Shown here: piece after piece, positions 16,150 through 30,359 of the stretch
How positions within the stretch are numbered: the stretch's first letter is position 1
How the letters are laid out: every line of letters begins with the position of its first letter
DNA from: Octopus vulgaris
Lineage: Eukaryota
Length of the DNA: 64,000 nucleotides
NCBI GenBank assembly: GCA_951406725.2
Contig: OX597832.1
Location: 49,290,001-49,354,000, forward strand
Direction of reading: 5' to 3'
The notes under the pieces: model-generated
Told to the model about the DNA's origin: nothing
Seen by the model: the letters and a program-made list of their open reading frames with translations, nothing else
Database searches by the model: none
Position numbers and translations under genes: made by a program

Positions 16150-17039
16150 TCGTTATCCCATAAATAATGCGGTTTTCATATACTTCTTTTATTTTTGAAA
16201 TTTGAGATAAACAAAGTTTCTTTTAATCTAAAATATACTATCTGGTAGACTTGCAAGGTTCCTCTTCCAAAATTCACTTGCCGTGACAAAAAAATGCTCC
16301 TCCAGTACTGTTCTATACTCGTCTACAGAAATCATATTTTTCCCGTCCAAATGATTTTGAAGACTACAGAATAAATGATTATCAGATGGGGCAATGTCCA
16401 GCGAATATGGTGTGTGGAGTATCGTTTCCCATTTAAACTGTTCCAGCCTTTTGAATGTCATCCTAACTGCATGTGGCCGAGCATCATCGTCCAGAAGAAC
16501 ACTTTTCGTCTTGAAACCAAAGATGGCCATCGTTTTCTCTTAGCATTGATTTGAATGACAGGTAAATGACCAAATCCAAGTTTCTCTGCTAGCTCCTCAA
16601 CAGTTACGATGGGATATCGTTCCACAAGAGTTTGCAGGACGTCCTCGTCAAGCTCTACAGATCTTCCAGGACGAGGCTCGTCTTCTAGGCTGTACTTTCC
16701 AGCTCGAAATCCCTGGAACCACCGTTGACACCTGCTGACGCTTATTGTCCGATCCCCATATACTGCATTAACATTCCTTGTACTTTCCGTTGTGTTGTTG
16801 CCTTTATTGAACTCATAAAAGCAAAATATGTCGAATATGCTCCTTTGTCACTTCCATTTATAGCTTTGAAAAAATAACTGTTAAAATCGAACTGCACTCT
16901 TCAAAATTTGAACTATGAATAAAGGGCAAGGTTAAGTCACTACCTGCTTTTATAGCAAGTTGATGTAGGTAAGTTATCCCGACCCCCTCCGACTTTAGTT
17001 CATTCAAATGAAAAAACCGCATTATTTATGGGATGACCC
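16150..17039 (-). mobile_element. internally deleted mariner transposon
   Basis: TIRs ...ATCCCATAAATAATGCGGTTTT at both ends. Minus-strand remnants MEVTKEHIRHILL...CQRWFQ.FR.G.YSLEDEPRPGR (HTH region, ATG at 16857) and DDARPH...WETILHTPYSLDIAPSDNHLF (YSPDLAPSD-like motif). Confidence 0.9.
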
Positions 17040-17057
17040 TATTCATACATACATACT

Positions 17058-17111
<54 letters not shown>

Positions 17112-17150
17112 TATATACAAACATACATACATACATACAGATAGAAAAAG

Positions 17151-17182
<32 letters not shown>

Positions 17183-17564
17183 TACATACATGCATACATG
17201 CATATATACATACATACATACATGCATGCATGCATACATACATAGACACATGGACAGACAGATAGATAGATGTATATGTGTGTGTATATATATATGTGTG
17301 TATACAAACCTACATACATACATACATACATACAAGTCTGCTACAAAATGCATATATAACAGACAGCGAGTCGTCCAGTGGCAAAAAAAAACGAAACTAG
17401 AATCACAAAGCTGCAACATGTACTAAGTGACTTACTGACAACTTGCCACAATTTATTCATAGCCACAATCTGTCTCTCCTAATCTCACTTAAGAGGGAAT
17501 CGTCTTAAGACGTCACTGGATAAACATGTTAATCTACTCTTAGAATAAACAAGGCTCTAAACGG

Positions 17565-17614
<50 letters not shown>

Positions 17615-17617
<3 letters not shown>

Positions 17618-18051
17618 AGTGGCTGTGTGGTAAGTAGCTTGTTTACCAACCACATGGTTCCGGGTTCAGTCCCACTGCGTGTCACCTTGGGCAAGTGTCT
17701 TCTACTATAGCCTCGGGCCGACCAAAGCCTTGTGAGTGGATTTGGTAGACGGAAACTGAAAGAAGCCTGTCGTATATATGTATATATATATATATATGTG
17801 TGTATGTGTATGTGTGTGTATGCGTGTATGTTTGTGTGTCTGTGTTTGTCCTCCTAGCATTGCTTGACAACTGATGCTGGTGTGTTTATGTCCCCGTCAC
17901 TTAGCAGTTCAGCAAAAGAGACCGATAGAATAAGTACTGAGCTTACAAAGAATAAGTCCCGGCGTCGAGTTGCTCGACTAAAGGCGGTGCTCCAGCATGG
18001 CCGCAGTCAAATGACTGAAACAAGTAAAAGAGGGTAAAAGAGAAAGAGAGA

Positions 18052-18053
<2 letters not shown>
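17615..18053 (+). mobile_element. SINE family B, near full length
   Basis: Family B consensus between TA arrays. Confidence 0.88.
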
Positions 18054-18115
<62 letters not shown>

Positions 18116-18202
18116 AAGGGTGGAAAGGAACACACGAGTTGATATATATGAAAAAACAAGTCAAAAATAGAAAATGCTAAGATGATTTTATAGTGAATCT
18201 TT

Positions 18203-18240
18203 CAGTACCGGTTTCGGTCATTTTGAGACCTTTTCAACTG
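18203..18240 (-). ncRNA. minimal type I hammerhead ribozyme, U3-A8 core variant
   Basis: Minus strand CAG-TTGAAAA-GGTC-tcaaaat-GACC-GAA-ACCGGT-A-CTG: stems I and II pair, helix III is palindromic, and C3-G8 is replaced by U3-A8. Confidence 0.7.
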
Positions 18241-18458
18241 TAACGATTAAATAATTAAATTTGGAAAAATTAGAAGAAAAGTTTTTTTAAAAGAATATTT
18301 CTGTAGTAGTGTTCAGATATAAGTAGCATTCTGCCTTTCTCTGACTCCCTTGTTTGCACTTGTATATATATATATATATATATTCATTTAGAGATAGTAG
18401 GCCCCTTCATCCCACCATATAAAAGAATTTTAATTTAAATGCTTACTACTTATAACTC

Positions 18459-18619
18459 GGCTACACGTGTTTCTTGAGGTCCATTTCCCGGTCCCTTAAC
18501 AACGCCGTGTTCTGCTGGAACCTTTCTTAAAATATAACCCCAATCATTAAAATATAGTTTATAGTATCAAACTATGATAAAGTGATATAGAGGCCTGATG
18601 ATTGGGGTCATATTTTAAG
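18459..18619 (-). ncRNA. hammerhead ribozyme relic split across an inverted partial duplication
   Basis: Minus strand: (t)TAATGA-TTGGGGT...ACCTCAA-GAA-ACACGTGT-A-GCC. The inverted plus-strand copy at about 18592 keeps GGC-CTGATGA-TTGGGGTC. Confidence 0.6.
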
Positions 18620-18635
18620 CATATATATGTACATA

Positions 18636-18945
18636 TGTGGAGCGCAATGGCCCAGTGATTAGGGCAGCGGACACGCGGTCGTGGGATCGCGGTTTCGATT
18701 CCCAGACCGGGCGTTGTGAGTGTTTATTGAGCGAAAACATCTATAGCTCCACGAGGCTCCGGCAGGGGGTGGTGGCGATCCCTGCTGTACTCTTTCGCCA
18801 CAAATTTCTCTCACTCTTTCTTCTGTTGGCCTGCTCGCTTAGCCAGCGGGAGTGGCGTCATTTGAAGGCTAAAACAATGCGAAGCGCATTGTGACCAGCG
18901 ATGTGTAGCAACATCTGATAGCCTGGTCGGTCTCAGTGATCACAG
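18636..18945 (+). mobile_element. tRNA-derived SINE (family C)
   Basis: A-box-like TGGCCCAGTGAT and B-box-like GTTTCGATTCC; head related to copies at 52749, 58646 and 60069. Confidence 0.7.
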
Positions 18946-21067
18946 TGATATGTACATATGTGTGTGTGTGTGTGTGTGTGTATGTGTGTGTCTATATGTG
19001 TGGGTGTGTGTTTGTGTTTGAGTGTTTAAAAGTAGCCCCCACACACACACACACACAGACACACACACACATACACACACACACATACACACACACACTC
19101 ATATATATGACTGTAATTGATATATTTCCCCGTATTGCAGAAAACTTCGCTTTAAATTGAAAAGAAAAAAAATTCACAAAGAAAGTATATATTAAACAGA
19201 TTTAAAAACTACTCTGAAAAATCTGAGGGTGAATCGAATATTATTTCTGTGTTGAAATAAACCGAGAATTTTATTAATTTTTCTTAGAAATACTTTTTTT
19301 CAACGATTATTATTTTATTTTTGGCTACGAACCAAGAAATTTGTCAATTTTCCAAGTGTTTTCTAAACTTCTCAATTTCAATACATCGTACATAAATCTA
19401 GGTATTTTTATATTTTATATGAACAAAAAAAAATTAACAATTTTTAAAAAAATATTATAAAATAAACTTCTTCAGAATGTACATACATCTTTGTAATAGC
19501 TTGCCCAATAACAGAAAGGAGATTTTTTTTAATCAACACTGTCTATATTTAGATGGATTAAATGTTGAATTGAAGTGAAAATGTTGATTTGTAATTATGT
19601 TTTGCAATGGAAAAAATATTGTTTTCTTTTTGGCTCTACGATCGCACCCAGTTGAGGTCAAAATTGATTTTTGTCATAAATATAAAGAACCAGGTGGGTG
19701 CTGATGTCGATGGCATCTATTAATCCCCCCACCCACCCTTTATATTGTTGCTCTTGTTCCTAAATCAGAAACCATAAATCGTGTAATAATTTTTGAATAA
19801 TTCTCTTCTCCTGCAATAGTCAGTCCAAACATTTTTCTTAAAATATTTCCTTCGTCAACGGCGACGAGCTGGCTGAATGGTTAGCACACTGAGCCAAATA
19901 CTCCCGCCTTGCCTTTAAGTTCTGAGTTCAAAATTCGCCCAGGTTGCCCCGAACATTTAGCCTTTCAGGATCGATAAAATAATTACCAGTTGAGCATTGG
20001 GGTCTATGTAATCAATTTACCCCCTTCCCCAAAAATTGCTGGCCTTGTGCCAGAGTTTGAAACCAATATTTCTTTTTACGTCGGTTAACTTCATTCGTAG
20101 CACTTAGAAGTTACTGAAGTGGAACTACACTTTCTAAAATTGATCTGCGTTTGCCAAAGGTACAGTTCGAATGCTATAGAAGAACCATCAGCTCTAACAG
20201 ATACGTGTTCGAACAAAATAGACATTTTCTTTATACAAAAATATTTGTGTCTATTAAAAACAAAAGAAAAATAAATTTTGAACATAGGCGCTGTACTGTT
20301 TCGCCCCAAATTTCTCTCTTTCTTCCTGTTTCTTGAATAACGCTGCAATGGACTGGCGTCCCGTCCAGCTGGGGGGGGGGGGACACATACGCCATAGAAA
20401 CCGGGAAACCGGGTCCCTGAGCCTGGCTAGGCTTGAAAAGGGCGCATAAATAAAAAAATAAATATATATTAGCCCCTGTCGCTAATATAATATATATCAA
20501 TATCGAGATGTAATACTTATCCCCACTTAAACGTGGATGTTTTATTAGAATGATTTATACTGCCATAGTTACCGTGTGAGAAACTTTCATATTGGTTTTT
20601 AGTGCAAAAAAAGTATTCTTGCTTATATCCCTAGTGGGGAGATGACTCACCGCCACCTCCAGCACCGAGACCACCAGATAGCGTGATTTCGATCTTCGAA
20701 CGTCTATTTTAGAGGCATACTACATGAGTGCAACTCACTTTAGGAAACATGGCCAGAAATACCAACAGCTGTTTTGACTAAAACAAAAGATTGTTGTCAC
20801 TATGTGTTTATAACTGGCTTAATATACTGCAACGAAAATATAATGTAACCCGTAGAAATAATATATATACATACGTACGTACGTACATACATACATACAT
20901 ACATACATACATACATACATACATACATACATACATACATACATACATAGAGAGAGGAGGGTGAGAGAGATACATAAAATGGATGGAAAGTAAGTGCATA
21001 GTTACACGATTATGTAGATAAGAATAGATAGGTAGAGGGTGTTTCTCTAGGTGAGAATATAAAAGTT

Positions 21068-21161
<94 letters not shown>

Positions 21162-21639
21162 AAAATACAAACTGGGACAAGAACGCAAAACATTTAGGAC
21201 ACGATACAAAAAACACGGACGGGACATTCGAAGCCTTCAATCTTCAGTCAAGAACGGGATTATCCTCGCAATTTCGGTTCATTAATCTTGAGATTGCTCC
21301 AATCTGACCAGCCCCAAGTAAAAACTAAGCTAAGTGGATTAGATTCCTTGGAATATATATATATATATATATATCAAATATGAATTAAAGATAAAACCAC
21401 TATTAGGCAATTCAAACAGCGATAGACATGAACCAATACATAAATAACAAATAATATAAATATAATATAAAATGTATAATATATATATAATTAATTATGT
21501 ATATATTGATAGATAGATGGATAGACAGACAGATAGATAGCAGGCAGACAGATAGAGACAGACATGCAGACAGACAGACAGAGACAGGGAGGCAGGCAGA
21601 TAGATAGTCAGATAGATAGACAGATAGATAGTTACATAG

Positions 21640-22028
21640 ATACATACAAATATACATACATACATACATACAAATATACATACATACATACATACATACA
21701 TACAAATATACATACACACATACATACAAATATACATACATACATACATACATACAAATATACATACATACATACATACAAATATACATACATACATACA
21801 TACATACATACATACATACATACATACAAATATACATACATACATACATACATACATACAAATATACATACATACATACAAATATACATACATACATACA
21901 TACATACAAATATACATACATACATATATGCATACAAACATACATACATACATACATACATACATACATACATACATACATACATACATACATACATACA
22001 TACATACATACATACATACATACATACA
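21640..22028. repeat. (TACA)n microsatellite with periodic AAATA interruptions
   Basis: Direct inspection. Confidence 0.95.
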
Positions 22029-22361
22029 TGTTTGTCTCTTTCATTTTCAATTATGCGCATATACAGTACATGCATGAAAGTACGTTGGTATCATTAAGTA
22101 AGGAATTATTATCTTTAATCATTTCCTCATTAATTTTTTCAATTAATTTCCTATCAGAATTTATAATTATTACGTAAATACTTCTCGATGAAAGTTGGTT
22201 CGTATGTGTTTGTTCTTTCCATGTGTAAGACACATAACTATAAGAGTTTGTGTGTACACACACACGGAATATACACAAACATATCAACGCATATATATGT
22301 GTGACTGTGTGTGTGTGCGTGTGTGCGTGTGTATACACAAACACACATATATGTATATATT

Positions 22362-22711
22362 AAAATAAGTAACAAGGATATCCAGAGGTAATGCAGTACG
22401 ATCGTTTCATGCAACTCCATTTAATTGAAGAATGAGTCTGTAACAATGTATATATTCTTTAAAAATCCAGTAACTTCTAAACTGGAGTTCAGACACCATG
22501 TTCTTTGTCTATCTCCTTAAAATCTTGGAGATTTTAGGTATAATTATACTAATGTGTCCATCTGTTATAATTTAAATTAAATTCTATATCTTTGTGCAGC
22601 TGAAGATTGCTCTGCATTTTAAATTGATGCAATGATTGCTTTGTTCAATTAAATGGAGTTGCATGAAGTGATCGTACTGCATTACCTCTGGATATCCTTG
22701 TTGCTTATTTT
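22362..22711. repeat. inverted repeat with arms of about 68 bp (22362-22429 and 22644-22711)
   Basis: AAAATAAGTAACAAGGATATCCAGAGGTAATGCAGTACGATC... matches its reverse complement at the right end. Confidence 0.85.
22595..22681 (+). ncRNA. type I hammerhead ribozyme, mutated in this copy
   Basis: TGCAG-CTGAAGA-TTGC...GCAT-GAAGTGATCGT-A-CTGCA. The inverted arm preserves the intact GAAACGATCGTACTGCA. Confidence 0.65.
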
Positions 22712-22798
22712 GATTCTAATCACCTTACTTTGAGATTGTATGGCTAATACCGTACTAAATTCTGGTGCCTCAACTTAGGTACCATATTCATCTGAATC

Positions 22799-22830
<32 letters not shown>

Positions 22831-22953
22831 CACGCTTTTTTGTACTTGAATATGCCCACAGTAACGTTAACCAAATATGCGTGTGTATGGATGTATATGT
22901 CATATATAAATGTGTATATGTATATACCTACATATATATATGTATATATATAG

Positions 22954-22985
<32 letters not shown>

Positions 22986-23302
22986 GTATGTATGTGTGTA
23001 CGTATGTATGTATGTATGTATGTATGTATGTATGTATGTATGTATATGCATACATATGCGCTCACAAACATGCATAAGCATTTATAATTGTTATATAATG
23101 CAGTGAACAAATACAGAGAGAGGGAACACCTATACAAGAGGAAGTATTCAATACATAAAAGCTGTGTTGATATCTTTATTAATAAAATGTCAGTTCATGC
23201 AACAAGGCTTCTCTTCTTATCTTCTAATAAAGTTAAGATTCTAAAAGGAAAACGATTAATCTTGTAAGATTCATTATTTCAGTCTCTATATAGTGACATA
23301 AG

Positions 23303-23980
23303 TGCAGCGAACTGACGGAATCGTCATCAAACCGGACAAAATGCTTAACCGCATATCGTCCGTCTTTACGTTCTGAAATCAAATTCCACCGAGGTGGATT
23401 TTACCTTTCATCGCCATTGGGGGTCGATAAAAATAAGTGTCAGTTGAGCACTGGTGTTGATGCAATCGACTTACTCCTCCACAAAAATTGCAGGCCTCGT
23501 GCAAAAATTTGAAACTGATACATAGCGACAGAAATGCAGCGAATGATGGAATCGTTAGCACGCCGGACAAAATGCTTAGCGGCATTTCGTCCGTCTTTAC
23601 GTTCTGAAATCAAATTCCGCCAAAGTCGACTTTGCTTTTCAACCTTTCAGGGTCGATAAAACAAGTACCATTTAGGCACTGAGGTCGGTGAAATTGACCG
23701 ACCCTCTATCAATTACTGCTTGGTCTTGTATCACGATTTGAAACCAACACATTTCGACATATAAGGTGTTGAACAAGCAGAAACTTTTGCACCTCAAATT
23801 AAATGCTTAGTACAACATCTCTCGGCGTTACTCTCTGATTTCAGATCGTGCCGAGGTCAACTTTGTCTTTCGTCCTTTCGGGATCGATAAAATAAAGTAC
23901 CAGTCAGGCAGTGGGATCGATGTAACCGATTAACCTCCCACTAATCCTATAAAATTTCAGGTCTTGTGCCTAAAGTAGAA
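23303..23980 (+). mobile_element. three successive old, diverged family A-related SINEs
   Basis: Three blocks starting near 23303, 23535 and 23763, each with the cctttc...gtcgataaaa..agtacca core. Confidence 0.7.
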
Positions 23981-24157
23981 ATATATAGAAGAAGAAGAAG
24001 AAGAAGAAGAAGAAGAAGAAGAAGAAGAAGAAGAAGAAGAAAAAGAAGAAGAAAAAGAAAAAGAAAAAGAAAAAGAAGAAGAAGAGGAAGTAGAAGAAGA
24101 AGAAGAAGAAGAAGGAGGAGGAGGAGGAGGAGTCTTCATATTCCGGGTTCAAATACT

Positions 24158-24357
24158 TATTTCTTTATTACCTACAAGGGGCTAAACACAGAGGGGACAA
24201 ACAAGGACAGACATAGATATTAAGTCGATTACATCGACCCCAGTGCGTAACTGGTACTTAATTTATCGACCCCGAAAGGATGAAAGGCAAAGTCGACCTC
24301 GGCGGAATTTGAACTCACAACGTAACGGCAGACGAAATACCGCTAAGCATTTCGCCC
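24158..24357 (-). mobile_element. SINE family A, 5'-truncated
   Basis: Family A body in reverse orientation. Confidence 0.85.
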
Positions 24358-24641
24358 ACCACCAGGGCCGTTCATTCTTTCTGTAGCAGCTGAACAGTGG
24401 ATCGATGTAATCGTCTATGCCTCTTCCCCGAAATTATTGGCCTTTTGCCAAAATTCGAAACCAGTATTATTATTGTAAAAACAGTAAAGAAGTGAGGTGA
24501 GAAACGATGAAACGATGGATGAAAGAAAGACGGAGAGTCACAAAGAAGTGAGTGATAATGAGAGATAGAGAGATAGAGAAATAGTAAGAAAGAGAGGGGT
24601 TTGAGAGAAGGAGAGAGATCTGGAGTTTTCGAGATTGTGAT

Positions 24642-25008
24642 CATCATCATCATTGTTCGACCGTGGTCGAGACAATGGAATTTACCATGCTACACCAGAC
24701 TTCACGGTCCATCATGGCATTACGGAGGTCCTGTTGCTAGATTCCTGTATCCCTGAAGATTACATCAGGGTAGGAGAGTGTGCGCCCTCTGGTATTGCGA
24801 GTAGATGGCTTCCAGAGGAGAAGAGGAGAAATTATTTCTTTTTCAGCTCTACAACAATGTCCAGCAAACTGGACTCTCCTACCTTTCACAAGAGATGACA
24901 CAGGTGGTAGTTTCCCATATATTTGCATTTTGGTTGGATGGCGCTTCCACGAGAGATTTTGAGCTCTCATAAGGAGGCGAGTGTAGGTTCCATCCAACCG
25001 CCTCTCAA
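24642..25008 (-). mobile_element. 5'-truncated RTE-type LINE 3' end with target-site duplication
   Basis: ERRLDGTYTRLLMRAQNLSWKRH...RRVQFAGHCCR...LLLWKP...DREVW (RTE-like post-RT C-terminus); (TGA)n tail; TSD GAGATTGTGAT at 24631-24641 and 25009-25019. Confidence 0.85.
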
Positions 25009-26140
25009 GAGATTGTGATATTGATATGCAGTAAAGTATATAAATACTCATATATGGAACGCACACACGGAAGAAATAGAAAGGCTGTGAGAAAAGGGGA
25101 ATGAGAAGCATGAAGGAATAGTACAGATAAAAAGTATTTCGAAAAGACAGCAGGCATTGGAGAAGTCTGGAAGGGGAGATAATTTAGTATATTATTTACT
25201 TATTTTGTTCTTTTTCTTTTCTTACGTTTGTGTACGACATATAAGAGAGATAATGTGAACAAAAAGGTATTAAAGCGTGAGAAGTGGCGTCGGAGAGGTT
25301 TTAAAGGGAAGTAATTCTTTTCATTATTTTGTTTTGTTTTGGAGGGGTTTTTTTTTAACTAGTTGTATAACTCTTGAAAGGTAATAGGCGAAAGAGAGAA
25401 ATTCAGTTTGCTACAGATTTGAAAAATAGACAAAAAGAAAAGAAAACCTATTATGTGGGAAAGATTTTTTTATTTTTTCTTTGGACGAAAAGTACGGTGA
25501 GAGATAGAGGGGTAGGAATATGCGAGAGGAAAGAAGAAAAAGCAGAAGATAAAAGCCTGATAGAAATATACGTAAATATATAGATATATATACAGAATAA
25601 GAGATTAGCTGAACTTGGTGGGGGGGGTGGAATAAGCGAACATGAAAGGCAAATAAATAGCAAATAATAGAGAGCATTTTTTATAAACGCTAGCTAAAAA
25701 AAACAGAGGAACTAAGGATACAATCAAAGAATACAGACAGAATTTATCATACGATTTCACATCAAGAATCTTGGCAAACCGAGTACAAAACACGAAATAA
25801 AACTGATTAAAAACGAGAAAATGAAATGAGAAAATAAAGGATTATGAACAAAATAGCAACTAGGAGGAAAGAAGAAAATTAAGAATGGAAGAAGCTAAAT
25901 TGCAAAGAAAGCGAAATGTGATGAAGAAAGGGAGTTATAGAGGAAAAGTTACGGAAAAAACATATAGACATAGAGACACACACACACACACACACTCACT
26001 CTCTCTCTCTCTCATACACATACTCACACGCACACACATGTACACACACACGCAGACACATACACGCAAACATACACATACATTTACACACACTCATATA
26101 TATATGTATGCATACCTGTATATATATACATACATATATG

Positions 26141-26194
<54 letters not shown>

Positions 26195-26418
26195 TATACA
26201 TATAAATATATATACATACATATGTATATATGTATATACATATATATATATAGATAGATAGATATACATATACATATATACATAAATATATATATGTGCA
26301 TGTATGTGTATATATCATGCATTCATATATCATGTATATATATATATACACACATACGTATATATATAAATATATATATATGTATGTATGTATGTATGTA
26401 TGCGTTTCTATGTACACA

Positions 26419-26472
<54 letters not shown>

Positions 26473-27727
26473 CACACACACGTGCCTTGCTTCCAATAAA
26501 TACTTTAGTTCGTCTCTACGCGACAAGTCTTTTTTCACTGCTAAACGTTATTGAGTAGCGAAATTATTCTTGGAAATAAATGGCTGTCTTGGCGAGTTTG
26601 GATTGATTTCAACGATTGCATCAGACAGTTTCAATCAATTTTTTTTTTTCATCAGTGTATTTTTCTTTCATGGACAGTTCATAAAAACACGACGCGATTA
26701 TTACAATTGATTGCTACAGGTCTTACTGCAAAATGGTATGTTCTTCTTCTTCTATGTTTCAGTTGTCCAAAAACTGCATGTAGACAGTGAGCCAAAGAAG
26801 GAAATGCTATGCGTTCAGTCGACCTTCTGAAAACAGCAGCTGAGTGATATCTACTGCAAATGTAATTAAATTTTTCTGCCGTCTTAAATAAGGAAAGAGA
26901 GATTAAACATTGTTGTTTTGGATATACAAAATGATGAAAGCGACTTGGCAGGGATATTTCTGAAAACGAAAGAAGATGATTTGGCATGGCATTCGGATGC
27001 CGGCAATTTGGCACTGCTGACTGAATGTTCAGCTTGTGTTGGAGACAATATATTTTGGCCTGCGCAGAAATATGCGCATACTGATAAAAAGGAGAAACAG
27101 AGAGAGAGGGGAAGGGAGAGCAACATTACAATTTATTAATTGGACACGATTAACATAAATAGTGAAATTTTATACAAATACCTTTCAGGTAGTGTAGGTT
27201 ACGATTACAAAGAAATCTGTAGTCAAAACTTTTGGAAGGAGGTCGGGGGTAGTTTTTGGAAAATGTAGTATCGGATCATATGACTCACATAAGTCGGAAT
27301 TTCTCCGTTTTGACGGGGATTTTTTCCAATGTTTTTCGCCAAAGTCTTCAGAATGATGTGTCGCATCTTTTCACGAAAGAAAAGAAAAAAATTTGGAATT
27401 TCTTTTTCACTACCGCCACCCCCTCACCACCCCTGTCCGAAACGATTTTCGCCATTTTTTTGAGAGAAACACCTTCGGTTTCAAAAGTAATTGTTAATAA
27501 TTTCAGAGGAAATGTGTATTAAGTAAAAGATGCTTTTTTTAGATTCTGATCAGCCCTCAACTAGCATACAAACGGTCCTTGGTGCTCTCCCAACCATGAT
27601 TATCCTATTGAACCATGACTACCATAACACACAAGCAGGCACACACTACACAACGTCCCTCTTCTGGCTCTACAGGATTGTACAGGGTTTTGGACAAACA
27701 CATACTGAATAATTTGAAGGTAAAGGT

Positions 27728-27983
27728 AACAGTAAAGTTACCTTCTAGAGTCATGTCGACTTATAAGGGCTGGTTTCCCGGTTTCCATGGCATATATATT
27801 CCCCACTTGGATGGGATGCTAGTCCATCGCAGGGTTACTCATTTATGCCTGCTGAGTGGACTGGAGCAACACGAAATGAAGGGTCTTGCTCAATAACGCT
27901 ATGAATCACCCTGTCCAGGAATCGAAATTACAATCTTAGGATCATGAGTCCAACACATTAATCCCTAAACCACGCGCCTCCAC
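27728..27983 (-). mobile_element. tRNA-derived SINE (family D)
   Basis: Reverse complement of the GTGGAGGCGCGTGG...TTCGATTCCTGGAC...TTGAGCAAGAC head, also seen at 60069. Confidence 0.7.
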
Positions 27984-28647
27984 ATACTTTGAAGGTCAGG
28001 AAATACGAACTTCTTACATACCATTTGGTTTTCATATAAAATAATTATTTTTTAGGAATTTCTTCCAAGAAGAAAAAATATGATCCAAAAGTTTCCCACA
28101 GGAAATAAGGAAAATAATCTTTTTTTACTCTCAAGGAATTTTAATAATGTACAGTTAACTTACCTGTACTGAGACAAAGAAAAGCACACAAGCAATTTGA
28201 ACTACCTATACACCTGCAACTAGTGGTATATACCCGTCTGGCGATTTTACCTAAGGGAGAAAATCTTACCAAACATATAAAAGATTATGAAGGCGGGAAT
28301 GATTTTTTGGCATGTAGGATATTTATGAATAATAAGATTAAAATTTGATTCGTATTCTTACTAAAAAAAAAATTGCTTTCGGTTCTCTAGAGGGGTTTAA
28401 AATGCAGGATCGAGAATGCTTTCACTCGGATGCATGAAAACTATATGTAAGATTTCGTGTAGAGGAATTTTAAAATCTACGTTTCAGTTTGTAAATCAAA
28501 AATTTTAAAGATTTTACTCGCTGCCAACGTTAATACAAGTCCTCGGAACTGTCAAAATTAATACCATGCCGCTAATCTGTAGAATATGATGAGAGATAAT
28601 TAAATATGTACACACACGCACACACGCATATATAAATGCATACATAA

Positions 28648-28715
<68 letters not shown>

Positions 28716-28811
28716 TGTATGTATATACATCTAAATACACATTTATATATTATATGCATAAAAACTTCTATGTACACACATATATATATAATATTTATAA
28801 ATAACTATATA

Positions 28812-28892
<81 letters not shown>

Positions 28893-29003
28893 GTTATTTA
28901 TATATATACATATATATACACACATATATGGAATATGTTTCTAAACGTACGATATATACACCTATACATATGTAATATTCATATATGTATGTGCGTATAT
29001 ATT

Positions 29004-29045
<42 letters not shown>

Positions 29046-29087
29046 AATATATATATATATATATATATATTTATAAATATATATATT

Positions 29088-29136
<49 letters not shown>

Positions 29137-30359
29137 GCATATATATACAAGCATACATACACGCATACATATATGTATGAATAGATATTCCGTATATGTG
29201 TGAGCCTGTGTGTCCGCTTGTTCTTTGGTTTTAATTTCAGTTTTTTTGTTTTTTTTTTGTTATATACAGTATTTTTATCTCGTTCAGATTATTATCTAAA
29301 TTTATCTTACAGCAATACAACTCTTACAAACAAATACCACACAAAAATACGAACAAAATATAGAGAGAAATAATAAATACGCCGAAAAAATTTAAGCACG
29401 TTTAAAAATGAAAAACATAATAAAAGATCGTTCTAAATTCACTAGATTATTTTCATCAAAACTGACGTTTACAGGAGATACATCGATAAAAGTTAGATAA
29501 TTCATAGCCATCTATGTTTTATACGTTTTTTTTCATTATTTTTAAATTTCATTTTTACATTTGCTTCTGGGCTGTAAATTAGGGGTTTGTTTTACTAAGT
29601 TAATAATAGCTAAGGAAGAGTCAGACGATGGTATTTGTTTTAGTACGATTTTTTTACGTGCTACTATTTGTTTCATCGTCTTTCACTTTCTTTTCTTCTT
29701 TGCTTCATGTTTATTTTTTTTTTCTTGAGGAGAAGGAGGAATATTAAATTATAATTATAATTTAAAGTTGGATTTCATGTTGGAATCATTTCAATTATCT
29801 CGAGAAAATTACAGAGTGCCTACTTAAAGAGTATGGACAGAATTTATCTTCTTTCTAATACATCATGAGTTCAAATCCAGCCAAATTTCACTTCATTTGT
29901 TGTTGTTATTTATGGTGGTAATAGTATTGTTGGTGGTAGAGGTGATGGTTGCAGTGGCGGTGATAGTGCTGTTTTTCAACACTAGTTTAGTCTTGATTGA
30001 ACGAACCAATGATCAAAGACTTTCAAGCTTTAATCATCCCATATTTTTGATGTGTTTTGGATCGAAAACAGCATCATCCCGTGAACACGTGTCGTATCAC
30101 TTTCAATTTTTTAACCATAGAATCATATTTGAGGACGATTTGGCTTCAATTACTAGCATGTACTAACTGGAAGATGCTCCCGCATTGGAGCAGTGACCCT
30201 TGGAATATCGATATTCGCTATTAAATGCAACAGATTATTCAATTAGTTCGCTTTTTTTCTCTTTTAGCCCTAGGATTCATAATTCTGGTTGCCCAGACTC
30301 CACGAAGTATATATGACGGACATGACAGCATCCATTTGAATGAATGACGACCGAGCAAT

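Noticed and set aside
18636-18712. tRNA-like heads here and at about 52680-52749 and 60069-60145 as tRNA genes
   Set aside because: Acceptor stems do not close and each continues into a repeated SINE body.
26560-27500. Short ORFs in higher-complexity sequence (for example 26918-27139)
   Set aside because: No recognisable domain; possibly a decayed DNA transposon, but I cannot support a family.
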